Shown piece after piece: positions 1 through 10,371 of a DNA stretch of 64,000 bases. The stretch covers positions 1,312,001-1,376,000 of the forward strand of contig CAVZVA010000009.1 of the NCBI GenBank assembly GCA_963778655.1, in the 5' to 3' direction. Both the position numbers and the translations under genes were made by a program. Source of the stretch: an uncultured delta proteobacterium (GTDB taxonomy: Bacteria; Myxococcota_A; Polyangia; Polyangiales; JAFGIB01). Below the pieces are notes generated by a model, which worked only from the letters and a program-made list of their open reading frames with translations, was not told the origin of the DNA and searched no databases. Numbering within the stretch: position 1 is the stretch's first letter; the number at the start of each line of letters is the position of its first letter.

Positions 1-632
1 GCGCTGAGCCCGCGCAGCAGCAGCGCCGGGGCTCCGAGCGCATGGCGCGCGCGGGCGAGGGCGCGCCATGGTCCGCCTGCGCCGGCGGCGAGCGCCGCGC
101 GGGCGAGGTCGTGCAGCGTGGCCAAGTACAGCAGCACCAGCGCGCCCGTGCAGACGCCGGCGGCACGCAAGGCTTGCTGCGCGAGCTCGGCGGCAAACGG
201 CAGGGCCGCGAGCAGAGCCGGCCCGATCGCGAAGACCAGGATCGTGCCGGCGCCGGTGATCCACGCGCAGCAAGTCAGCATCAGGCTGGACGGATAGCCG
301 CGCAAGCCGTGTACCAGGCTCGCGCGTGCGCTGCCGGCGCCGTCCATCGCGTGCAACCACGACAGGCCGAGCCACGGGCCGAGCGCGGCATACAGGCCGC
401 CCGCGGCCAACACGCGCCATGTGATCGCGGGCGCGTTGTGCGCGCCTAGCTGAGCGAGCGCGACGGCAGCCGCGCGCTCGGGAGCGACCGCCCGAGCGGC
501 GTGGGCCAAGCCGGCGATCAGCTGCGCCGACAGCGGCCAGCTGATCGCCAGCGCCGCGGCGGTGCGACAGGCGTAGAGCAGCAGCATCATGCTGCCGGCA
601 CGCCGCAGCCTCGCCGGGCCGGCGCCGTTCAC
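1..632 (-). CDS. Hypothetical membrane protein, partial (runs off window start)
   Basis: GTG at 632 overlaps the M1 peptidase stop (GTGA). Hydrophobic translation MNGAGPARLRRAGSMMLLLYACRTAAALAISWPL...GGLYAALGPWLGLSWL. Not in the ORF track because it has no stop in the window. Confidence 0.6.
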   Translation of the reverse strand, partial: MNGAGPARLRRAGSMMLLLYACRTAAALAISWPLSAQLIAGLAHAARAVAPERAAAVALAQLGAHNAPAITWRVLAAGGLYAALGPWLGLSWLHAMDGAGSARASLVHGLRGYPSSLMLTCCAWITGAGTILVFAIGPALLAALPFAAELAQQALRAAGVCTGALVLLYLATLHDLARAALAAGAGGPWRALARARHALGAPALLLRGLS

Positions 633-2326
633 GGGCCCACCGTCGCGAGCAGCGCCTGCGCCCAAAGCAGCAGCCGTGAGAGCCAGCGGAAGCCGGCTGC
701 GGACGCGCGTTCGGCCTGGCGCCGTGGCGGCGGCGGCGACGAGCGCGGGTGTGCGCGAGCCAGAGGATGCCAGGGGTCGAAGCGGCGCGCCGACAGCGCG
801 GGGCGCAGGACGTCGCGCGCGAAGCCACGCCAGTAGCTGTGGTCGAAGGCCGACCACAGCGCGCCGAGGCCGGGATGGCCGAAGCGGTTGTCGCGCGCGT
901 AGCGGCCCAACGCCGACCACAGGCGGGGGCGACCCCAGGTGCGCGCGACGGCGTCGAGGGTGAGCGCCGGGCGCACGTACACCGCGGCCGCGAGCTGATC
1001 GGGGCGATAGCGATAAGCGGGCTCGAGCGCGGAGCGCGGCGGGCGATCGGCGGCCAGTTGCGCGCGGCTCAGGTCGACGAGGTCGAGCGGTGCGCCGGCC
1101 CAGCGCTCGAAGAAGGCGCGGTCGTAGCGCGTGCGCAGCAGCTCGAGGCCGAGCCATTCGGCCAGCCCCTCGTCGAGCACGGGCGTGGCCAGCTCATTGC
1201 TGGCGACCGTGATGGGAAACCACTGGTGCGCCAGTTCGTGTGCGCTGGTCAGGTCCTGGGTCAGACGCGCGCTGGGATCGAGCTCGCTCCACGGCGCAAG
1301 CGGCCAGCCCAGGATCAGCGCGGGGTACTCCATGCCCGCGGCGCCCCAGCCGGCGAGCGGGGGCAGCACCAGCAGCAGGCTGCGGTATGGGTAGGGCCCG
1401 AGCCTGGGCTCGAGCCGCGCGATGCCGTCGCGCACCAGCGCGGCCTGCGCGCGCGCGATGCCCAGGTGGCCGCGCGGCGCGCAGACGTCGATCCGCACGC
1501 GGCCTGGCAGCCGTGTGCAGTACAGGTCAGGGTACGCCGTCCAGGCGATGTCGAGCGCGTGGGGCAGCGCGTAGCACTGTGCACGCGCGTCGTCCGTCGC
1601 GCCGAGCGGGCTGCGCGGGCAGGGCACCTGCGCGCCGGGCGCGGCCACCACGTAGCGCAGCGGGGCGCTCACGCGCAGCTCGTAGTCGGCGAAGTCAGCG
1701 TAGAACTCGCCCAGGCCGTGGTAGGGGAAGCTGACGAAGCGGCCGTCCGGATCGAGCTTGGCCAGCTTGGGGAACCACTGGGCCACCATGAAGAAGTCGC
1801 CGCTCGCGCCCATGCGCGCCACGATTTCGGGTAGTCGCACCCGGAAGTCGATCTCGAGCTGGATCTCGGCGCCGGGCGAAAGCGGGCTCGGCAGCTCGAC
1901 GCGCATCTGGGTCGCGTCGTGCTCGACCAGGTCTGTGCGCGCGCGTGCGAGCAGGTCGTCACCGCGGGCATCGCGCAGGCTCAGCACGTCGATGCCGCCG
2001 GGGCGCTGCAGCCGCTCGCCGCGCAGGCGGAAGCCTTGCTCGCGCATGAACACCGTACGCGGGCCGGCGAATGCGTTCGGGTAGAGGTGGAAGATCAGAA
2101 ACGACAGCGGCTGCCGGCTGCGATTGCGCCAGCGGATCCGAGCGTGCCCGCGCACGCTGCGCGCTTGCGGGTCGAGGCGCGCGTCCAGCCGATACAGGTC
2201 GGGCGCGGAGGGCTGCGCATGGCCCGGCCCCGGCGCGGCTGCGAGCCAGGCCGCGCAGCCGAGCCAGGCCGCGCGAGCAAGAAGGCGGCGGCGATCGCCC
2301 TGAGCAGCGCTGCCGCCAGCGTTCAT
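629..2326 (-). CDS. M1-family (aminopeptidase N-like) zinc metallopeptidase, secreted
   Basis: 3' part of ORF 629..4192. GAMEN-like AAGMEYP, HELAH zinc motif and downstream LDEGL; signal-peptide-like N-terminus from ATG 2326. Confidence 0.88.
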   Translation of the reverse strand: MNAGGSAAQGDRRRLLARAAWLGCAAWLAAAPGPGHAQPSAPDLYRLDARLDPQARSVRGHARIRWRNRSRQPLSFLIFHLYPNAFAGPRTVFMREQGFRLRGERLQRPGGIDVLSLRDARGDDLLARARTDLVEHDATQMRVELPSPLSPGAEIQLEIDFRVRLPEIVARMGASGDFFMVAQWFPKLAKLDPDGRFVSFPYHGLGEFYADFADYELRVSAPLRYVVAAPGAQVPCPRSPLGATDDARAQCYALPHALDIAWTAYPDLYCTRLPGRVRIDVCAPRGHLGIARAQAALVRDGIARLEPRLGPYPYRSLLLVLPPLAGWGAAGMEYPALILGWPLAPWSELDPSARLTQDLTSAHELAHQWFPITVASNELATPVLDEGLAEWLGLELLRTRYDRAFFERWAGAPLDLVDLSRAQLAADRPPRSALEPAYRYRPDQLAAAVYVRPALTLDAVARTWGRPRLWSALGRYARDNRFGHPGLGALWSAFDHSYWRGFARDVLRPALSARRFDPWHPLARAHPRSSPPPPRRQAERASAAGFRWLSRLLLWAQALLATVGP

Positions 2327-2443
2327 GCCCGAGAGGCTTCGCGCGTCCTGCTTCTCGGTCAAGAGCTTCGTGGCCCGGATTAATCCAGCCTTACGGCACA
2401 CGGGCATTCTCCGGGCCGGGTCGCGTGGTATGGATCGGCGCGC

Positions 2444-2959
2444 ATGAACGAGCCCCTGGTGCTGGCCTTGCACAGCCGCGGCGACACGCGCCGCCTCGGG
2501 CACAGGCTGGCCGCGTGCCTGGCCGCGGGCGATCTGCTCGTGCTCGAGGGCGAGCTGGGCGCCGGCAAGACCTTTCTGGCGCGCGCCATTGCGCGCGGGC
2601 TCGGGGTGCCGGCGGAGGTACGGGTGACGAGCCCGACCTTCGAGCTGGTGCACGAGCTGCCTGCGCGCAGGCCGCTGTTGCACGTCGATCTGTACCGGCT
2701 CGACGACGCCGGCGCGCTGGGGGAGCTGGGCCTCGCCGACCGCATCGGCGCCGATGCGATCGTGCTGGTCGAGTGGGGGGAGCGATTTTTCGCCGCGCTG
2801 GGCGGCGAGGGGCTGCTGCTGTCGATCGCGCTCGACTCGGCGGGACGCCGCAGCTGTCGACTGCAGGCCCGCGGCGAGCGCGGCGATGCGCTGCTTTCTC
2901 GGCTGCGCGCAGAGCTCACGCACCGCGACGTACATGGGCCCGGCTGTGGCCCGCATTGA
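2444..2959 (+). CDS. tsaE: tRNA threonylcarbamoyladenosine biosynthesis ATPase TsaE
   Basis: GELGAGKT, VTSPTF, HVDLYRL and VEW motifs. Confidence 0.95.
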   Translation: MNEPLVLALHSRGDTRRLGHRLAACLAAGDLLVLEGELGAGKTFLARAIARGLGVPAEVRVTSPTFELVHELPARRPLLHVDLYRLDDAGALGELGLADRIGADAIVLVEWGERFFAALGGEGLLLSIALDSAGRRSCRLQARGERGDALLSRLRAELTHRDVHGPGCGPH

Positions 2960-3019
2960 TGCGGAGTCATCCCTCGGCTTGCGGCGGCCGGGCAGCTCTG
3001 CTAGCAAGTCGCCTCCGGG

Positions 3020-6000
3020 ATGCCCCGCCGGAACGACATCCGCCGAATCCTGTTGATCGGATCCGGCCCGATCGTCATCGGCCAGGCTTGCGAGTTCGAT
3101 TACTCCGGAACCCAGGGCACGAAGGCGCTCAAGCAAGAGGGTTACGAGGTGATCCTCGTCAACTCCAATCCGGCCACGGTGATGACCGACCCGGAGCTGG
3201 CGGACCGCACCTATGTCGAGCCGCTCGACCCGGATGTGGTCACCTCGATCGTGGCGCGCGAACGACCCGACGCGTTGCTGCCGACGTTGGGCGGTCAAAC
3301 CGCGCTCAACGTCGCGCTCGCGTTGCACGATCGGGGGGTGCTCGAGCAACACGGCGTGGAGCTGATCGGCGCCAGCGTCCAGGCCATCCGCAAGGCCGAG
3401 GATCGCGAGCTGTTCAACGACGCGATGCGCAAGATCGGCCTGGAGGTCGCGCAATCGCGGCTCGCTCGCACGCTGGAGGAGGCGCGCGCGGCGACCGAGG
3501 AGCTCGGCTTCCCGGTGATCCTGCGGCCCTCGTTCACGCTCGGGGGCTCGGGCGGCGGCGTGGTCTACGAATCGCGCGCGTTCGACGCCGCGATCCGCTG
3601 GGCATTCAGCCAGAGCCCGACCCACGAGTGCCTGATCGAGGAGAGCCTGCTCGGCTGGAAGGAGTTCGAGCTGGAGGTGATCCGCGACCACGCGGATAAC
3701 TTCTCGGTGATCTGCAGCATCGAGAACTTCGACCCGATGGGCGTGCACACCGGTGACTCGATCACGGTGGCGCCGGCGATGACGCTGACAGACAAGGAGT
3801 ACCAGCGCCTGCGCGACGCCTCGCGCGCGATCATCACCGAGATCGGCGTGGACACCGGTGGCTCGAACATCCAGTTCGCGGTCAATCCCGAGAACGGGCG
3901 CGTGATCGTGATCGAGATGAACCCGCGGGTCTCGCGATCGAGCGCGCTGGCGTCGAAGGCGACGGGCTATCCGATCGCGAAGATCGCCGCCAAGCTCGCG
4001 GTCGGCTACCGCCTCGACGAGCTGCGCAACGACGTGACCGGAACCAGCGCGGCGTTCGAGCCGAGCATCGACTACGTGGTGACCAAAGTCCCTCGCTTCG
4101 CCTTCGAGAAGTTCGAGGGCGCCGACCAGCGGCTCACCACGCAGATGAAGTCGGTCGGCGAGGTGATGGCGATCGGCCGTACCTTCAAGCAATCGCTGCT
4201 CAAGGCGGCGCGGGCGCTGGAGAACGGCCGCGACGGATTGAGCTCGATGCTCGAGCGCATCGACTACGCCGCCTACGCGCGCAAGCTGGCAGAGCGCGGA
4301 GAGGACGGGGCGGTGTTGGGCAGCGCGCCGCGGCGTGAAGAGGGCGCGCCGCTGCCCCCCATCGACGAGCTGCGCGAGGCGCTGCTGGCGGTCATCCGCA
4401 CGCCGCTAGGGGACCGGCTGTGGTACATCGCCGACGCGCTGCGCGTGGGCTGCAGCCCTGAGCAGGTGTGCCGGGCGACCTCGATCGACCCCTGGTTCGT
4501 GGCGCAGCTCGCGCAGATCATCGAGCAGGAGTCGGCGCTCAAGGCGACCGCCGAGCAGGATGCCGCAGGCGGCGTGGGGTCGCTGCGAGGGCCCAAGCTG
4601 GCCGGGTTTTCGGATGCCGCGCTGGCGAGGATATCGCACTGCAGCCTGGAGGCCTTGAGGGCGCGCCGGCTCGAGCAGGGGCTGCGCCCGATTTACGCGC
4701 GCGTCGACAGCTGCGCGGCCGAGTTCGTGGCGCTCACGCCCTACCTCTACTCCACCTGGGGCGAGCGCAGTGAGTCCAATCCCAGCGCGCTGCGCAAGGT
4801 GATGATCCTCGGCGGCGGCCCCAACCGCATCGGGCAGGGCATCGAATTCGATTACTGCTGCGTGCACGCCTCGTTTGCGCTGCGCGAGCTCGGGATCGAG
4901 ACCATCATGGTCAACTGCAATCCCGAAACCGTCTCGACCGACTACGACACCTCGGACCGCCTGTACTTCGAGCCGCTCACGTTCGAGGACGTGATGAGCG
5001 TCGTGGACGAGGAGAACCCGGACGCGGTGATCGTTCAGTTCGGCGGGCAGACTCCGCTCAAGCTGGCGGTGCCGCTGGCGCGTCAGGGCGTGCGCCTGCT
5101 GGGTACGCCGGCCGAAGCCATCGATCGCGCGGAGGACCGCGAGAAGTTCGAGGCGCTGCTGGAGAAGCTCGGCCTGCAGCGGCCGCGCGGGGTGATCGCG
5201 CACGGCATGCAGGAGGCGCTGGAGGCGGCGCAGCGGCTGGGCTTTCCCGTGATGGTGCGGCCGAGCTACGTGCTCGGCGGGCGCGCGATGGAAATCGTCA
5301 GCTCGCAGAATGAGCTCACCGGCTATTTGCGGCGCGCGTTCGAGGCGATCGAGGACACCGAGCGTCCCACCATCCTGATCGACGAGTTCCTGCAGGATGC
5401 GATCGAGGTGGACGTCGACTGCCTGGCCGACGGCCGGGACGCGGTGATCGGCGGATTGCTACAGCACGTCGAGGAGGCGGGCGTGCATTCGGGCGATTCG
5501 ACCATGGTGCTGCCGGCGCACACCCTGCCGGAGGGCGTGCTGGCGGAGATCCGCCGCGCCACGCGTGCCCTTGCGCTCGAGCTGGGCGTGTCGGGTCTGA
5601 TGAACGTTCAGTTCGCGGTGCGGGGCCAGAGCGTATTCGTGATCGAGGTCAACCCGCGCGCGTCACGCACGGTGCCCTTCGTGAGCAAGGCGATCGGCAA
5701 ACCGCTGGCGAAGATCGCGACCAAGGTGATGGCCGGCAAGAGCTTGCAAGAGCTGGGCCTGACCGAGGAGATCGTGCCGTCGCACGTGGCCGTCAAGGAG
5801 TCGGTGTTTCCGTTCGCCAAGCTGCCCGGCGTGGACACCATCCTCGGTCCGGAGATGCGCTCCACCGGTGAGGTGATGGGCATTGGCGCGACCTTTCCCG
5901 AGGCCTTCGACAAGGCGATGCTGGCGGCGGGCACGCGTTTGCCCGAGCAGGGCACGGTGTTCATCAGCGTGCGCGACGAGGACAAGGCCGCGGGCTGTCG

Positions 6001-6373
6001 CGTGGGCGCGCGTCTCTCGGGGCTGGGCTTCCGGCTGGTGGCGACCGACGGCACCGCGCGCGCGCTGGCCGACGCCGGCGTTGCTTGCGAGCGGATCAAC
6101 AAGGTGCCGCAGGGCAGCCCGCATTGCGTGGACCTGGTTCGAGAGGGAGGAGTCGACATGGTGATCAACACCACCTCCAACGCCCAGGCGATTCGCGACA
6201 GCTATTCGATCCGACGTCAGACGCTGATGGCGGGCATCGCGTACTTCACCACGATCGCGGCCGCGGACGCGGCCACGGGGGCGATCGAAGCGACTCGGCA
6301 GCGCGGTGCACGCTTCGGCGTACGCACGTTGCAGGAGTACCACGACGGTATCGGCGGGCCCGCGTCGAGCTGA
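3020..6373 (+). CDS. carB: Carbamoyl-phosphate synthase large subunit
   Basis: [30 protein letters not shown] start, two ATP-grasp halves ([21 protein letters not shown]), C-terminal MGS domain. Confidence 0.98.
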   Translation: MPRRNDIRRILLIGSGPIVIGQACEFDYSGTQGTKALKQEGYEVILVNSNPATVMTDPELADRTYVEPLDPDVVTSIVARERPDALLPTLGGQTALNVALALHDRGVLEQHGVELIGASVQAIRKAEDRELFNDAMRKIGLEVAQSRLARTLEEARAATEELGFPVILRPSFTLGGSGGGVVYESRAFDAAIRWAFSQSPTHECLIEESLLGWKEFELEVIRDHADNFSVICSIENFDPMGVHTGDSITVAPAMTLTDKEYQRLRDASRAIITEIGVDTGGSNIQFAVNPENGRVIVIEMNPRVSRSSALASKATGYPIAKIAAKLAVGYRLDELRNDVTGTSAAFEPSIDYVVTKVPRFAFEKFEGADQRLTTQMKSVGEVMAIGRTFKQSLLKAARALENGRDGLSSMLERIDYAAYARKLAERGEDGAVLGSAPRREEGAPLPPIDELREALLAVIRTPLGDRLWYIADALRVGCSPEQVCRATSIDPWFVAQLAQIIEQESALKATAEQDAAGGVGSLRGPKLAGFSDAALARISHCSLEALRARRLEQGLRPIYARVDSCAAEFVALTPYLYSTWGERSESNPSALRKVMILGGGPNRIGQGIEFDYCCVHASFALRELGIETIMVNCNPETVSTDYDTSDRLYFEPLTFEDVMSVVDEENPDAVIVQFGGQTPLKLAVPLARQGVRLLGTPAEAIDRAEDREKFEALLEKLGLQRPRGVIAHGMQEALEAAQRLGFPVMVRPSYVLGGRAMEIVSSQNELTGYLRRAFEAIEDTERPTILIDEFLQDAIEVDVDCLADGRDAVIGGLLQHVEEAGVHSGDSTMVLPAHTLPEGVLAEIRRATRALALELGVSGLMNVQFAVRGQSVFVIEVNPRASRTVPFVSKAIGKPLAKIATKVMAGKSLQELGLTEEIVPSHVAVKESVFPFAKLPGVDTILGPEMRSTGEVMGIGATFPEAFDKAMLAAGTRLPEQGTVFISVRDEDKAAGCRVGARLSGLGFRLVATDGTARALADAGVACERINKVPQGSPHCVDLVREGGVDMVINTTSNAQAIRDSYSIRRQTLMAGIAYFTTIAAADAATGAIEATRQRGARFGVRTLQEYHDGIGGPASS

Positions 6374-6446
6374 GGCCGCCGACCTCCGCCATGCGCGGCC
6401 TTACGATCTTGCCCGTGGCCGGGTCGAGGTGTACCACTAGCCCACC

Positions 6447-6920
6447 ATGGATCGCTATCCGATGACGCCCGAGGGCTACCATGCGCTGACCGCGGAGCTC
6501 AAACACCTGCAGAGCGTCGAGCGTCCGAAGATCAGCAAGGAGATCGGCATCGCGCGCGAGCACGGCGATCTCAAGGAGAACGCCGAGTATCACGCCGCGC
6601 GCGACCGCCAGGGACACATCGAGGCGCGGATCGCGCACCTCGAGGGCATGCTCGCCCGGGCCGAGGTCGTCGAGCCCAGCCAGATGACCGGCGCGCGTGT
6701 CAAATTCGGTGCACGCGTGACGCTCGAGGACGTGGACAGCGGCGAAGCGAAGACGTTTCGCATCGTCGGCGCCGAAGAGGCCGACGTGCCCAAGGGCATG
6801 ATCTCGGTCACCTCGCCGATGGCCCGGGCGTGCATCAACCACGAAGTCGGCGACGAGATCCGCGTCAATGCGCCGGGCGGCGCGCGCAACTACGAGATCG
6901 TCGACCTCCAGTGGAAGTGA
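6447..6920 (+). CDS. greA: Transcription elongation factor GreA
   Basis: AREHGDLKENAEYHAA and ISVTSPMAR motifs; follows carB. Confidence 0.96.
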   Translation: MDRYPMTPEGYHALTAELKHLQSVERPKISKEIGIAREHGDLKENAEYHAARDRQGHIEARIAHLEGMLARAEVVEPSQMTGARVKFGARVTLEDVDSGEAKTFRIVGAEEADVPKGMISVTSPMARACINHEVGDEIRVNAPGGARNYEIVDLQWK

Positions 6921-6982
6921 CGCAACGGTGCTCGCGACGGCCGATCGGCCGGCTAGCGCCGATTTGAAGGGGCAGGCCACCG

Positions 6983-7918
6983 ATGCAGACCAGCGCCTTT
7001 CGCCTCGCCGCTGACGACGGCGTCGAGCTTCACGTCTACCGCTGGAAACCCGATGCGGGCGCTTCCAAGGCCGTGGTCCAGATCGCCCATGGGATGGCGG
7101 AGCACGCGGGTCGCTACGCGCGCACGGCGGAGCAGCTGACGGCGGCCGGCTACACGGTGTACGCGGATGACCACCGGGGTCACGGCCGGACCGCGCTGGC
7201 GCCGGGGGATCTGGGCTATCTGGCTGATCACGACGGCTTTGCGCGCGTGAGCGAGGATCTGTATCGGCTGAACCGGCGCATCACGGAAGACCACCCGGAC
7301 CTGCCGCTGTACCTGCTCGGCCACAGCATGGGATCGCTGGTGACGCAGCGCTATCTGTTCACCCACGGCGAGAGCATCGCCGGCGCGATCCTCAGCGGGA
7401 CCGGGGGCGGTACCGCGGCGGCGGCGCGCGCGGGTCTGGTGATCGCCAAGGTCGAGCGCCTGCGGCTCGGTCCGCGCGGGCGCAGCGCGCTGCTGCAGAA
7501 GCTTTCCTTCGGCAGCTACAACAAGCGCTTCCAGCCCGCGCGTACCGCCTTCGATTGGCTCTCGCGCGACGCGGCCGAGGTCGACAAGTACATCGCGGAC
7601 CCCCTGTGCGGTTTCGATTTCACGGTGCAGGGCTGGATCGACGTGCTCGAGGGCGTGGTCGAGATCGAGCGCGCGGAGAACATCGCGCGCGTGCCGTTCG
7701 CGTTGCCGATCTACCTGTTCAGCGGCGCGCTGGACCCCGTGGGGCGCGAGACGGTGGGCGTGAAGTGGTGGATCGACGCATACGCCCGAGCCGGGGTGAA
7801 GGACGTGAGCCAGCGGTTCTATCCCGGCGGGCGTCACGAGATGCTGAACGAAGAGAATCGGGATGAGGTTCACCGCGATTTGATCGCGTGGCTCGACGCT
7901 GCGCTGGCCCGTCGATGA
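6983..7918 (+). CDS. Alpha/beta hydrolase (lysophospholipase/monoglyceride lipase-like)
   Basis: HGMAEH, DHRGHG, GHSMG nucleophile elbow, GGRHEMLNE. Confidence 0.92.
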   Translation: MQTSAFRLAADDGVELHVYRWKPDAGASKAVVQIAHGMAEHAGRYARTAEQLTAAGYTVYADDHRGHGRTALAPGDLGYLADHDGFARVSEDLYRLNRRITEDHPDLPLYLLGHSMGSLVTQRYLFTHGESIAGAILSGTGGGTAAAARAGLVIAKVERLRLGPRGRSALLQKLSFGSYNKRFQPARTAFDWLSRDAAEVDKYIADPLCGFDFTVQGWIDVLEGVVEIERAENIARVPFALPIYLFSGALDPVGRETVGVKWWIDAYARAGVKDVSQRFYPGGRHEMLNEENRDEVHRDLIAWLDAALARR

Positions 7919-10371
7919 CGGCGGACGAGATTGCGGCCGGGCTGCAGTCTTGTCTGGCCGAAGTCGTGCCCGGCGAGCGCGCGCGCAGCCAGCTCGCCGC
8001 GGGCCTGCGCGCGCAGGCCGCGGCGCTGGCGTTGTCCGAGGGCGAGCTGTCCGCGCTGTGCGTTGCGATCGAGCGCGGCGCGAGCCGGCGCGAGCTGGCG
8101 GTCGCGGCGGCCACAGCGATGCGCTTGCTGGCCAGCGCTCGCGCGCGCGAGGCCGACGCCCAAGCACCCGAGCCGCCCCCGCGCACGACGCGCGGGCGGG
8201 GCTGGCTGGAGCGGGCGCAGGCGCGCGCGCTGGCCGCGGACCCCAAGGCCCTGGCCGTGGAGCAGCGGCCGGTGGAGAGCCTGCCCGGCGTGGGGCCGGC
8301 GATCGGGCTCGCGCTGCGGGCGCGCGGGCTGTCCACGCTGGGCGAGCTCGCGTGGCTGCTGCCGCTCGGCTACCACGACGAGCGCGAGCTGGTTCCGATC
8401 GCCGAGCTCACGACCGGCGCGCGCCAGGTGACCGAGGGCCGCGTGGTGAGCGCGCAGGCGAGCCCGTTCGGGCGCGGCCGCAGGCGCGCCGAGGTGCTGT
8501 TCGAGCAGCCGGGCGGAGGTTCGGCCGGCGGCGCGCGCCTGCGCGCGGTGTGGTTTCGCGCGCCGCAGGGCCTGCTCGCGCGCTTTCGAGCGGGCGAGCG
8601 CTTTCGCCTGGCAGGCACGGTGGAGCGCTTCGGCGGCATGGCCTCGATGACGCATCCGCAGACAGAGCGCCTGGGCCGCGAGCCCGCGCGCCCGGGCGGG
8701 ATCGTGCCGCGCTATTCGGCGGTTCCAGGGGTTGCGCCGCGCGTGCTCGCGCGTCTGGTCCGCACGGCCGCGGAACGCTGCGCGGCGGTGCTGCCGGAGG
8801 CGGTGCCGCACGCGCAGCGGCGCGAGCACGGCCTGAGCGAGGTGGCCGACGCGCTGCGCGCGCTGCACGCGCCGCCCGACGCGCTGCAGCCCGAGCAGCT
8901 GCTGCGCTGGAACGAGCAGCGCACCGAGCACCACGCACGGCTGGCGTTCGAGGAGTTCTTTTTGCTCGAGCTGGCCTTGAGCCGGCGGCGTGCGGAGGAG
9001 CGCAGCCTGCTGGCCGAGCCGCTGGACGCCCCGCCCGAGCCGCTGCAGCGCGCGCGGCGCGCGCTCGGTTTCGAGCTCACCCAAGCGCAACAGCGCGTGG
9101 TCGAGGAGATCGGCGCGGAGCTGCGCGGGCACAAGCCGATGCGCCGCCTGCTGCAGGGCGACGTGGGCTCGGGCAAGACCGCGGTCGCGTTGCTGGCCGC
9201 GGCCCAGGCCGTGGCTTGCTCGGCGCAGGTGGCGTTCATGGCGCCGACCGAAGTGCTGGCCGAGCAGCACTTCCGGGCGCTCGGCAAGCTGGCGCAGGCG
9301 ATGGGTTTGCGCACCGCGCTGGCGCTGGGCGGGGAGCGCGCATCGCATCGCCGCAAGACGCGCAAGGCGCTCGAGGAGGGCCGCGTCGACCTGGTAGTGG
9401 GCACCCACGCGCTGCTCTCCGAGGGTGTGCGCTTTGCGCGCCTTCGACTGGTCGTGGTCGACGAGCAGCACCGCTTCGGAGTGGCGCAGCGTCTGCGCCT
9501 GTTGCACAAGGCGCAAGGACTGGCGCCCCACCTGCTGGTGATGACGGCGACACCGATTCCGCGCAGCCTCGCGCTCGCGCTGCACGGAGACCTTGCCGCC
9601 AGCGTGCTCGACGAGATGCCGCCCGGCCGCATCCCGCCCGTGACGCGAGCCTATACCAGCGCCGAACGGGACGAGGCGCTGCGGCAGCTGCGCCGCGGGC
9701 TGGACAAGGGGGGGCGCGCGTTCGTCGTGTGTCCCACGATCGAGCCCAACGAGGAGAGCGGCCTGCGCTCGGCGCTCGAGACCCACGAAGATCTGACGCA
9801 GCAGCTGGCGGGTGTGCCGGTCGCGCTGCTGCACGGCCGCCTGCCCGCCGAGGAGCGGCAGCGCGCGATGGAACGCTTCGCGAGCGGCGACGCGCGCGTG
9901 CTGGTCTCTACCACCATCGTCGAGGTCGGCGTGGACGTGCCGGAGGCCAACGTGATGTTGATCGAGCAGGCGGAGCGCTTCGGCTTGGCCCAGCTGCACC
10001 AGCTGCGGGGGCGGGTGGGGCGCGGCGGCCAGCGTAGCGCGTGCCTGCTGGTGCACGAGGCGGCCGGCGAGGAGTCGCGCGCGCGGATTCGCATTCTGTG
10101 CGAGCAGAGCGACGGCTTTCGCATCGCGGAAGAAGACCTGCGCCTGCGCGGGCCGGGTGAGCTGTTCGGCCGAAAGCAGAGCGGGCTGCCGGGCTTTCGC
10201 TTCGGCGACCTGCGGCGCGACCTGCCGCTGCTCGCCCAGGCGCGGCAGCTGGCGGTTGCGCTGCTCGAGCGCGATCCGGAGCTTCTCGCGCCCGAGCACG
10301 ACGACACCCGGCGGGCGCTTGCGATGTTGGCCGAGAGCGACCGCGCCCTGGTCAAGGAAGAGGCCGGCTGA
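7915..10371 (+). CDS. recG: ATP-dependent DNA helicase RecG
   Basis: LLQGDVGSGKT, DEQHRFG, MTATPIPRSL, QLHQLRGRVGRG, DLRLRGPGE; ATGA overlap with the upstream gene. Confidence 0.97.
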   Translation: MTADEIAAGLQSCLAEVVPGERARSQLAAGLRAQAAALALSEGELSALCVAIERGASRRELAVAAATAMRLLASARAREADAQAPEPPPRTTRGRGWLERAQARALAADPKALAVEQRPVESLPGVGPAIGLALRARGLSTLGELAWLLPLGYHDERELVPIAELTTGARQVTEGRVVSAQASPFGRGRRRAEVLFEQPGGGSAGGARLRAVWFRAPQGLLARFRAGERFRLAGTVERFGGMASMTHPQTERLGREPARPGGIVPRYSAVPGVAPRVLARLVRTAAERCAAVLPEAVPHAQRREHGLSEVADALRALHAPPDALQPEQLLRWNEQRTEHHARLAFEEFFLLELALSRRRAEERSLLAEPLDAPPEPLQRARRALGFELTQAQQRVVEEIGAELRGHKPMRRLLQGDVGSGKTAVALLAAAQAVACSAQVAFMAPTEVLAEQHFRALGKLAQAMGLRTALALGGERASHRRKTRKALEEGRVDLVVGTHALLSEGVRFARLRLVVVDEQHRFGVAQRLRLLHKAQGLAPHLLVMTATPIPRSLALALHGDLAASVLDEMPPGRIPPVTRAYTSAERDEALRQLRRGLDKGGRAFVVCPTIEPNEESGLRSALETHEDLTQQLAGVPVALLHGRLPAEERQRAMERFASGDARVLVSTTIVEVGVDVPEANVMLIEQAERFGLAQLHQLRGRVGRGGQRSACLLVHEAAGEESRARIRILCEQSDGFRIAEEDLRLRGPGELFGRKQSGLPGFRFGDLRRDLPLLAQARQLAVALLERDPELLAPEHDDTRRALAMLAESDRALVKEEAG

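Noticed and set aside
2327..4192. 5' two-thirds of the 1187-aa minus-strand ORF
   Set aside because: Antisense shadow of tsaE/carB; only 629..2326 carries peptidase motifs.
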